The notes beneath the pieces are model-generated. The model was not told the DNA's origin and did not search any database. It saw only the letters and a program-made list of their open reading frames with translations. The translations under genes were made by a program, and so were the position numbers. Below are positions 20,163-27,897 of a stretch of DNA of 39,478 nt, piece by piece (within the stretch, counting starts at the first letter, position 1; each line of letters opens with the position of its first letter). This DNA is from an uncultured Brachyspira sp. (GTDB lineage: Bacteria > Spirochaetota > Brachyspiria > Brachyspirales > Brachyspiraceae): contig CAZRYV010000001.1 of NCBI GenBank assembly GCA_964604385.1, positions 1-39,478 on the forward strand. Reading direction: 5' to 3'.

Positions 20163-20438
20163 TTATTTTCTTATAAATTTTTTATAATGTTTTAATTCGT
20201 CCTCATCCAATATTAATATATTTTCTTTATATACAAATAAATCCCATTTACCGTCGCATGTCCAATCCCACCAACTTAATCCATCTCTTTTATGTATTTG
20301 AAAAATTGTATTGTCGTCATAATTTCTTAAAATTGATTTATTATTATGACGCATTCGTCTATTATATATTTGTTTTTCTATTTTGCATGAATTACAGGAT
20401 ACCCAGCGAGCGGGATTTTTTCTATAACTTCTCGACAT
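20163..20438 (-). CDS. Small basic hypothetical protein (MSRSYRK.P N-terminus)
   Basis: 91-aa ORF with protein-like composition (CxxC, WWDW) occupying an otherwise empty interval; TATAAT upstream at 20473-20468. Confidence 0.7.
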   Translation of the reverse strand: MSRSYRKNPARWVSCNSCKIEKQIYNRRMRHNNKSILRNYDDNTIFQIHKRDGLSWWDWTCDGKWDLFVYKENILILDEDELKHYKKFIRK

Positions 20439-20520
20439 ATAAATCTACCAAAATTGTTTATATATTAATTATAATATACGGCAGATATCATATAGAGATA
20501 CTTGTTTTTTAATTACAATT

Positions 20521-20702
20521 TTAATTTTCTTTATATATTTTAAGATTTTCAAGTTTATTTAAATTAGAAATTTCTTTGGCAATTCTTCTAAATTTTTACA
20601 ATCTATCTCAAGTTCTTCAAGGTTAGTTAATTTTCCAATTTCTTTTGGTAATTCTTTTAATTTTTTGCAATTTCTTATATTAAGCTCTTTAAGGTTATTC
20701 AA
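20521..20702 (-). pseudogene. Leucine-rich-repeat gene relic with frameshift
   Basis: Manual translation gives LNNLKELNIRNCKKLKELPKEIGKLTNLEELEIDCKNLEELP; after a 1-nt frameshift near 20575 it continues EISNLNKLENLKIYKEN*. The 5' part is missing. Confidence 0.8.
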
Positions 20703-20813
20703 AATTTATTTTATTGTTTATTTTAATCTATATTTTAATTAATTTAGATTTTAATTAAGTTAACATAATAATATATTTTATCATAAAAATCTTAAAATTT
20801 TATATTTTAGCTA

Positions 20814-20844
20814 TTGCTTTTTTTTTTTTTTGAATTAATATAAT
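20814..20844 (+). promoter_or_regulatory. Promoter with T14 homopolymer in the -35/-10 spacer
   Basis: TTGCTT (20814-19), T-run 20818-20831, TATAAT (20839-44); spacer 19 nt. Confidence 0.55.
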
Positions 20845-20879
20845 GATAAATATATAAATAAATTAAAAGAGGTATTTTT

Positions 20880-21005
20880 ATGAAAACAGTTTATTGTTTT
20901 ATGATAGGTTTAATCCTATTAGATATTAAATTATTAGAGGATAATATTTTTGTAAACAATGTTGCTAACATTAAAGATTTTAGATTAATATTACAACAGT
21001 ATTAA
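20880..21005 (+). CDS. Small ORF (41 aa) or gene relic
   Basis: RBS agaggt then MKTVYCFMIGLILLDIKLLEDNIFVNNVANIKDFRLILQQY*; below the ORF-track cutoff. Confidence 0.35.
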   Translation: MKTVYCFMIGLILLDIKLLEDNIFVNNVANIKDFRLILQQY

Positions 21006-21034
21006 AATTATATAATATTTGAGGAGTAGATAGT

Positions 21035-21775
21035 ATGAATTTAAAATTGATAATATTATTTATAATAATGTCTTCTGTATCTTTTTCAGCTAGTTTAGAA
21101 TTTGATTTCGGAATAGGAGCTGGAACTTCTATTGAATTTAGTTATGCTGATAATCCATATGATAAGAAAAAAGATAGAGGAATATCAGAATCTGGCTCAA
21201 GAACGGATAATGGTTCATTATTAAGCGTATTTTTGGACATAGGTGCTAATTTCGAGCTTCAAAATGCGGGGGCTTTAAACAGTATAAGCGTTTTATTTGA
21301 AACGGGGGGAACTGTTTATATGAGAGTTAGAACAAGATATAAAGAATATCCTCAATTTAAACATAGATTTACATATCATAATTTAATATTAGGAATATTG
21401 CCTAAACTCAATTTTGATTATGGCATATCTTTAGGAATAGGAACGGGTATTTTTCTGCCTCTTTATAGCGAATCAAGTAAAAGAGAAAATGAAACGGATA
21501 ATGGATTACCATCTTATGGTAAAAAGTTTGATTTTAAGAAAATATCTTATATGTATAAAGTTCCCGTTATGCCATATATAAAGTTAAGTTTGGAGAAAAA
21601 TTTTTATATGTCGGAAAGATGGGCTTTTAAAATTGGAGCTGATTTACTCTATAATTTTGGTATGGAATTCGATTTGGATAAATGGAAATCTGACATTTCT
21701 ATATATGATAAATACAATTTTTCATCTTTAGCGTTTGAAGTTTTTCTTGGATTTGGTTTTGGAAGACCTAGATAA
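21035..21775 (+). CDS. Putative outer-membrane beta-barrel protein (spirochaete paralogous family)
   Basis: Signal peptide ending SFSA; alternating hydrophobic, aromatic and Gly strands; C-terminal FEVFLGFGFG; RBS gaggag. Confidence 0.7.
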   Translation: MNLKLIILFIIMSSVSFSASLEFDFGIGAGTSIEFSYADNPYDKKKDRGISESGSRTDNGSLLSVFLDIGANFELQNAGALNSISVLFETGGTVYMRVRTRYKEYPQFKHRFTYHNLILGILPKLNFDYGISLGIGTGIFLPLYSESSKRENETDNGLPSYGKKFDFKKISYMYKVPVMPYIKLSLEKNFYMSERWAFKIGADLLYNFGMEFDLDKWKSDISIYDKYNFSSLAFEVFLGFGFGRPR

Positions 21776-21804
21776 ATTAGTGTGTGATTGAAAATTAATA
21801 ATAT

Positions 21805-21835
21805 ATAACCTCGTTTAATGCGGGGTTATTTTTTT
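21805..21835 (+). terminator. Rho-independent terminator
   Basis: ATAACCTCG...CGGGGTTAT hairpin followed by a T-run. Confidence 0.8.
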
Positions 21836-21856
21836 GTTTTTTTATTAAATTACTAC

Positions 21857-21885
21857 TTGAAGTAATTTTTATTATATCGTATAAT
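21857..21885 (+). promoter_or_regulatory. Sigma70-type promoter for the NSS transporter
   Basis: TTGAAG-N17-TATAAT; RBS aaggag downstream. Confidence 0.65.
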
Positions 21886-21920
21886 ACAGAAATTATAAAA
21901 TAAATTTAAGGAGTTGCCAA

Positions 21921-23315
21921 ATGCAACATGACAATCAAAAAAGAGAGAAATTATCGAGCAGGTTAGGATTTTTATTAGTTTCGGCGGGATGCGCTATAGG
22001 ACTTGGAAATATATGGCGATTTCCTTATATAACGGGAAAATATGGAGGCGCCGCTTTCGTTTTAATTTATTTAATATGTTTGCTTATAATAGGACTTCCA
22101 ATTTTGATAATGGAATTTAGTATCGGAAGGGGAGGGCAAAAAGATATTGTAGGCTCTTATAAGGCTTTGGAAAAAGAAGGACAAAAATGGCATTTAATCG
22201 GTTATATTCAAATGCTTGGATGTTTAATATTAATGATGTTTTATACGAGCGTGACGGGTTGGAGTATAACTTACGCTTATTATATGTTTAGCGGAGCTAC
22301 CGAAGGACTCACTCCCGAAGGCATAGGAAACTTTTTTGGTTCTATGCTTTCTAATCCTAAAGTTATGGTTTTAAGTTTGTTTATAACTGTTTTTCTTGGA
22401 AGTTTAATTTGTTTTAAGGGACTTCAAATAGGCGTTGAAAAATCTACAAAATTTATGATGTCATTGCTTTTTATTATAGTGATAATATTAATAATAAGAG
22501 CGGTGACTTTGCCCGGAGCTTTTGAAGGAATAAAATTTTATTTGCTTCCAGATTTGGGAAAAATATTTAACGAAGGAGGAATAAAAAACTTTTTAGAGGT
22601 AATATACGCCGCTATGGGACAGGCTTTCTTTACTTTGGGAATAGGAGTAGGAAGTATGACTATTTTCGGAAGTTATATCGGAAAAGAAAAATCAATTACT
22701 AACGAATCGATAATAATAGTTTTACTCGACACTTCAATCGCTTTGCTTGCGGGTTTGATAATATTTCCCGCATGTTTCGCTTTCGGAGTTAATCCCGGAG
22801 AAGGAGCGGGTTTAGCGTTCGTTACTTTGCCGAATATATTTAACTCTATGCCGTTGCCAAGATTATGGGGAACTTTATTTTTTATATTTTTGTCGATGGC
22901 GGCTTTAACTACAGTGGTTGCAGTATTTGAAAATCTGATAGCTTTCACTATGTCGGAGTTTAAAATGAAAAGAAGTTTCGCTTCAATAATAGTTGGAATA
23001 ATAGTATTTTTATTGGCATTAACCACTTCGCTTGGATTTAATATTTTATCTTTTATTCAACCTATGGGAGAAGGAACGAGTTTTTTAGATTTATACGATT
23101 TTATAGTGAGTTATAATTTAGTGGAACTTGGCGGAATTTATATAATTATATTCTGCGTTTCAAAATATGGTTGGGGATGGAATAATTTTATTAACGAAGT
23201 AGATTCTGGCGAGGGGATAAAATTTCCTAAATTATCTAAAGTGTATGTAACTTATATATTGCCGATAATTTTATTTGTATTTTTTATTATAAATTATATA
23301 AGTAAATTCTCATAA
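21921..23315 (+). CDS. Sodium-dependent transporter, NSS/SNF family
   Basis: Motifs AGCAIGLGNIWRFPY, GGAAF, QAFFTL and GAGLAFVTLP; multiple TM segments. Confidence 0.95.
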   Translation: MQHDNQKREKLSSRLGFLLVSAGCAIGLGNIWRFPYITGKYGGAAFVLIYLICLLIIGLPILIMEFSIGRGGQKDIVGSYKALEKEGQKWHLIGYIQMLGCLILMMFYTSVTGWSITYAYYMFSGATEGLTPEGIGNFFGSMLSNPKVMVLSLFITVFLGSLICFKGLQIGVEKSTKFMMSLLFIIVIILIIRAVTLPGAFEGIKFYLLPDLGKIFNEGGIKNFLEVIYAAMGQAFFTLGIGVGSMTIFGSYIGKEKSITNESIIIVLLDTSIALLAGLIIFPACFAFGVNPGEGAGLAFVTLPNIFNSMPLPRLWGTLFFIFLSMAALTTVVAVFENLIAFTMSEFKMKRSFASIIVGIIVFLLALTTSLGFNILSFIQPMGEGTSFLDLYDFIVSYNLVELGGIYIIIFCVSKYGWGWNNFINEVDSGEGIKFPKLSKVYVTYILPIILFVFFIINYISKFS

Positions 23316-23348
23316 GCATATTTTCCTTATTATTTAATTAATATTTCT

Positions 23349-23375
23349 AGGATAGCGTTTTCGCTATCCTTTTTT
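23349..23375 (+). terminator. Rho-independent terminator
   Basis: Perfect hairpin AGGATAGCG-TTTT-CGCTATCCT followed by a T-run. Confidence 0.88.
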
Positions 23376-23444
23376 ATGTTAATTAAAAAATATTGAATAA
23401 GTTGAAAATATTTTACGATATTTTATAAATTTATAAAAAATTAG

Positions 23445-23472
23445 TTGACATAATATAAATATATTCTATAAT
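23445..23472 (+). promoter_or_regulatory. Sigma70-type promoter
   Basis: TTGACA-N16-TATAAT. Confidence 0.65.
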
Positions 23473-23490
23473 ATTGTAAAAGGCTTTTTT

Positions 23491-25539
23491 ATGAATAATA
23501 AAGTTAATTCGCTTTTAAATGAAGTTTCTTACAAAATAAATAGAGAAGAATACGACAAAACTTTAGACATTTTGGATAATATTTTAAAAAAAGTTCCTAA
23601 AAATTATAGGGCGAATTTGTATAAAGGGCAGATTTGCGTAGAAAAAAAAGAATTTGAAGAGGCGATAAAATATTTTGAGGAAGCTAAAAAAGTCGATATA
23701 AAAACTTTCAAGGCTTATAATCTTCTTGGAATAAGTTATAATGCAATCGGCGAATACGATAAGGCTATAAATTCTTTCAACGAAATCTTAAAAATAACTC
23801 CAAATTCCGCTTCTGCTTATAATTTGCTTGGAATAACTTATTATAAAAAAAACGATTATAAAAAAGCGATTGAATATTTTAATAAATCTATAGAAATAAA
23901 TCCGAAATACGACAAGGCTTATAATAATTTGGCTTTGTTTTATTATAGAAATAAAAATTACGAAGTTGCCATAGAGTTTTTCGAACATTCAAAAAGTTTG
24001 GATGCGAGAATATTTAAGGCTTACGATATGCTCGGGATGTCATATTATAAAATCGGCGAATACGACAAAGCTATAGAATCTCTTACGAAAGCGCTGCAAT
24101 ATAATTCCAATTCTTATAAGATAGCGAATACTTTGGGAGCGATTTATTCATATCTGAAAGATTATGACAACGCTATAAAATATTTTGCAAAAGCTATAGA
24201 GATTAATCCGAAATATTCAAGCGCTCATAATAATTTGGCTTTAATTTATTTTAATAAAAATGTTTTCGATAAGGCGGCTTTATATTTTGAAAAGGCTAAA
24301 AGATTTTCTAAAGATTCTTTTTTAGATTATTATAAATTGGGATTTTGTTATTATTCGAAAGGCTATTATTACGAGGCTATAGAATGTTTCAAAAAAGTTA
24401 TAGAAAAAAACGAAGATTCTTATAAAGCTTATAATTTAATCGGTTTATGCTACTACTCGAATTTAGAATACGAGGAGTCTTTGGAGTATTTTGAAAAAGC
24501 GGCGAGAATAAACGGAGAATATAAAGAGGCTTATAATAATTTATTTTTAGCGTATTTTAATTTGGAGAATTACGAAAAAGCGATTGAATATTTTAATTTA
24601 TCCGATTTGGAAATAGAATATAATTTTGATATTTATAATAAACTTGCGATTTCGTATTTTTATGTTAAAGATTATGATAAAGCAATAAAATATTATAAAA
24701 ATATTATTTTTAAATTAAACGAAAAAACTCCTTTCTACATCTATAATAATCTTGCCGTTTTATATTATCTTAAAAAAGATTTTTATTCGATTTTAAAAAC
24801 TTATCACAAATATTTGGACAGTTATAAGTCGGATAATAATTTTGCAAGTTATAATATATTTTTGTTATCGTATTCTCTGCTTACAAAAAGGTTGATAAAA
24901 TATAATGATTTTTTATCGTTGTTTGAAAAATGTCTGATTAAAAGCATGGAACTTAATAGCGTAAATTATCAATATTCTCTTTACGAAATCATGGAATACG
25001 ATATTAACGCTTTAAAATTAATATTTGAAAATAAGATTAATTTTAAAAATAGTAAAGAATTATTAAAAAATAAATTAAGCGAAAAACAATTAAAGGCGAT
25101 TGAACCTATAATAAATAAATTAAATTTTTTCTCTTTTAATTCGAAAATAAATAATATTTTTTCTTATAACGATAAAACGATTTGTATAGAATATTTTTTG
25201 CCGAATTTAAAAAATAATGCTATAGCAATTTTAGAAAAATTCGATAATAATAAAGAGATATACGGAAAACAGGCTAAATTTCTTAAAGAAGAAAGCGAGT
25301 ATAATTCTTTGCTTTCAATGTTTTCGGGTAATATAGACTGTGGAAACGGAGATTATAATTTATTGTTTTATAAAGATAATAAGGATAATTTGCTTGAGTT
25401 AAAAGTAAATGCCGTATATTTGCCGAGTAATTTTGGCGAATCGGATATAAAACTGATAAAATGTATATTGGGAGATAAGGATATTAAGCTATATAAGATA
25501 ATTAAAGACAATGATTCTTTTAAGTATTTATTGATTTAA
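23491..25539 (+). CDS. Multi-TPR protein with uncharacterised C-terminal domain
   Basis: About 12 tandem 34-aa repeats (AYNLLG..Y....YDKAI..F.K.I.INP), then about 230 non-repetitive residues. Confidence 0.88.
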   Translation: MNNKVNSLLNEVSYKINREEYDKTLDILDNILKKVPKNYRANLYKGQICVEKKEFEEAIKYFEEAKKVDIKTFKAYNLLGISYNAIGEYDKAINSFNEILKITPNSASAYNLLGITYYKKNDYKKAIEYFNKSIEINPKYDKAYNNLALFYYRNKNYEVAIEFFEHSKSLDARIFKAYDMLGMSYYKIGEYDKAIESLTKALQYNSNSYKIANTLGAIYSYLKDYDNAIKYFAKAIEINPKYSSAHNNLALIYFNKNVFDKAALYFEKAKRFSKDSFLDYYKLGFCYYSKGYYYEAIECFKKVIEKNEDSYKAYNLIGLCYYSNLEYEESLEYFEKAARINGEYKEAYNNLFLAYFNLENYEKAIEYFNLSDLEIEYNFDIYNKLAISYFYVKDYDKAIKYYKNIIFKLNEKTPFYIYNNLAVLYYLKKDFYSILKTYHKYLDSYKSDNNFASYNIFLLSYSLLTKRLIKYNDFLSLFEKCLIKSMELNSVNYQYSLYEIMEYDINALKLIFENKINFKNSKELLKNKLSEKQLKAIEPIINKLNFFSFNSKINNIFSYNDKTICIEYFLPNLKNNAIAILEKFDNNKEIYGKQAKFLKEESEYNSLLSMFSGNIDCGNGDYNLLFYKDNKDNLLELKVNAVYLPSNFGESDIKLIKCILGDKDIKLYKIIKDNDSFKYLLI

Positions 25540-25558
25540 TTATAATTTTATAAAATAG

Positions 25559-25587
25559 TTGACATAATATTAAAAATCTGTTATTAT
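25559..25587 (+). promoter_or_regulatory. Sigma70-type promoter with extended -10
   Basis: TTGACA-N17-TATTAT, with TG-n before the -10. Confidence 0.7.
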
Positions 25588-25619
25588 TAAATGATAGCAG
25601 ATTAAAGAAGGGGTTTTCG

Positions 25620-26258
25620 ATGAGAAAGTTGATATTAGTAATATTTTTGGTAGGGTTTAGCAGAGTTTTTGCCTCGTTTGAAATTGATATTTTAGGACAG
25701 CTTACGGCGACTACAAGTTTTCCTATGCAACAATTAAAAACCGCTAAAATTAAAGGTTCTACCGAAGCAATTTTTGGAGCGGCTATACAAATAGGAAATA
25801 AATTTTCTATGACTAACGCCTTAAAAGGGATAAGCCTTCTCGCCGATATAAGAATCGAGCAAGAATCTATAGCCATAACTTTGCCGGGCGAAACTAAAAT
25901 GGTAAGGAAAACTACGGGTTTGAATGCGGGACTTGGGATTACTACGAAATTTATATTTGGAAGCGTAAATAGTTTGGTTCCAAGAGACACTATTTTGGGA
26001 TTCGGATTGGGCGCTAAAGTTTTGGCTAATGTCACTTTAAGCACAAGCATACCCGCTATTACTCCTTTTATCGATGTGTTTGTCGAACAAAGATTTTTTG
26101 TATCAAGAAAACTAGCTTTGGTATGCGGAATCCATATTGGTGGAGATATGACTCTTTATCAATCTACGGATGTGGGAATATTATTTAACGGTATGTATAT
26201 TTCGGCTTATCCGTCTTTGAATATTGGACTTAGCGTAGGACTTCATTTTGGACATTAA
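25620..26258 (+). CDS. Putative outer-membrane beta-barrel protein
   Basis: Signal peptide ending VFA; amphipathic beta-strand pattern; C-terminal IGLSVGLHFG; has its own promoter and terminator. Confidence 0.65.
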   Translation: MRKLILVIFLVGFSRVFASFEIDILGQLTATTSFPMQQLKTAKIKGSTEAIFGAAIQIGNKFSMTNALKGISLLADIRIEQESIAITLPGETKMVRKTTGLNAGLGITTKFIFGSVNSLVPRDTILGFGLGAKVLANVTLSTSIPAITPFIDVFVEQRFFVSRKLALVCGIHIGGDMTLYQSTDVGILFNGMYISAYPSLNIGLSVGLHFGH

Positions 26259-26298
26259 TTAGCAAATAATTTTAATAATTGTTTCTCATAATATTTTT

Positions 26299-26327
26299 GG
26301 GGTAATGTAAATGCATTGCCCCTTTTT
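26299..26327 (+). terminator. Rho-independent terminator
   Basis: GGGGTAATG...CATTGCCCC hairpin followed by TTTTT. Confidence 0.82.
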
Positions 26328-26470
26328 ATTTGGAATTATTCAGATTAAAAAAATTAATTTAAATAAAATTTTAATTTAAAACTTAATATAAATAATAATT
26401 GAAAATTTTTATAAATGGCGTTATAATCGATTTGATTCAATATTTAATATTTATATGATAATTTTGTTTT

Positions 26471-27121
26471 ATGGAATATATAATATCCACTACCATTTAT
26501 TTGCTTAAAGGAACATATACAACTTTAAGCCTTTATTTTGTAACGGCTTTGTTTTCAATGCCTCTGTCTATGCTTTTTGCAGCTTTGCAATTCAGCGCTC
26601 CGAAATTTATAAGATATATTTTTGACATATACGCTTGGATATTTAGAGGAACTCCTTTAATATTGCAATTAATATTCTTTTATTACGGACTTCCTTTAAT
26701 GACTAATAATATAATAGCTTTTCCGGCTTTCGCTTCGGCGGCTATAACTTTTATATTAAATTACTCAGCATATCTTATGGAAATATTCAGAGCGGGAATC
26801 GAAAGTATAGAAAAAGGACAATACGAAGCCGCTTATGTTCTTAATTTGAATCATAGACAGATTATGACAAGAATAATTTTGCCTCAAGCGATTAGAAGAG
26901 TTTTGCCTCCATTGTCAAACGAAGCCATTAATTTGGTAAAAGATTCGGCACTCGTTATAGTTTTGGGTATAGGCGATTTGATGCTTCATGCGAGAGAAAT
27001 ATTGACGAGAGATTTTAAATTGCTACCTTTCGTTATAGCGGGGATAATATATTTGATATTCACTTCGGTTTTGGTGTTTATCTTTAGGCGGTTGGAGAAA
27101 AAATATGTCATCAGAAATTAA
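26471..27121 (+). CDS. Polar amino-acid ABC transporter permease
   Basis: Motifs FRGTPLILQL, SAYLMEIFRAGIESI.KGQYEAA, ILPQAIR and KDSAL. Confidence 0.95.
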   Translation: MEYIISTTIYLLKGTYTTLSLYFVTALFSMPLSMLFAALQFSAPKFIRYIFDIYAWIFRGTPLILQLIFFYYGLPLMTNNIIAFPAFASAAITFILNYSAYLMEIFRAGIESIEKGQYEAAYVLNLNHRQIMTRIILPQAIRRVLPPLSNEAINLVKDSALVIVLGIGDLMLHAREILTRDFKLLPFVIAGIIYLIFTSVLVFIFRRLEKKYVIRN

Positions 27122-27878
27122 TTTAAAAGTTGCGGAGCTTAAAAAATCTTATAAAAATATTCCCGCGATAAACGGAGTTTCGTTCGATGTTCGTAAAGGA
27201 GATATTCTCTCGATTATCGGACCTTCGGGAGCGGGTAAAAGTTCCTTGCTTAGAAATATTATACAAATAGAAAGTCCCGATTATGGAGAGGTTTATATAG
27301 ACGGCGAGATATTGTTTTCTAAAATAGCGGGTAAAAAAAATATCAATCCTTCGCATGCCGATATGATGAAACGAAAGGAAAAAATGGGCATGATATTTCA
27401 GCATTTTAATTTGTTCCCTCATAAAACCGCTTTGGAAAATATTATAGAGGCTCCGATTATTGTAAAAAAAATTGATAGGGAAGAGGCGATAGAAGAGGCT
27501 TTAAAACTTTTGGATAGGGTAGGGCTTAAAGACAAAAGCGAAAGTTATCCAAACGAATTATCGGGCGGACAAAAACAGAGAGTTGCCATTGCCAGAGCGC
27601 TTGCCATGAAACCCGAAATATTATTATGCGATGAACCGACTTCGGCGTTGGACCCAGAGCTTATAGGAGAAGTTTTGTCCGTTTTGAAAGAGCTTGCCAA
27701 AGAAAAAATGACTATGATAGTTGTAAGCCATGAGATTAGTTTTGTTCGCGAGCTTTCTACGAATATAGCTTTTATGGATAGTGGAAAAATTATAGCGATG
27801 GATAATTCCAACGATTTTTTTTATAATCAACGAAACGAAAGAATAATCGATTTTCTTAATAAGATTTTTTATAAATAA
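27105..27878 (+). CDS. Polar amino-acid ABC transporter ATP-binding subunit (GlnQ-like)
   Basis: Motifs GPSGAGKS, FQHFNLFPH, LSGGQKQRVAIARALAM and DEPTSALDPEL; overlaps the permease stop. Confidence 0.96.
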   Translation: MSSEINLKVAELKKSYKNIPAINGVSFDVRKGDILSIIGPSGAGKSSLLRNIIQIESPDYGEVYIDGEILFSKIAGKKNINPSHADMMKRKEKMGMIFQHFNLFPHKTALENIIEAPIIVKKIDREEAIEEALKLLDRVGLKDKSESYPNELSGGQKQRVAIARALAMKPEILLCDEPTSALDPELIGEVLSVLKELAKEKMTMIVVSHEISFVRELSTNIAFMDSGKIIAMDNSNDFFYNQRNERIIDFLNKIFYK

Positions 27879-27897
27879 ATTATATAATAAAATTTTA

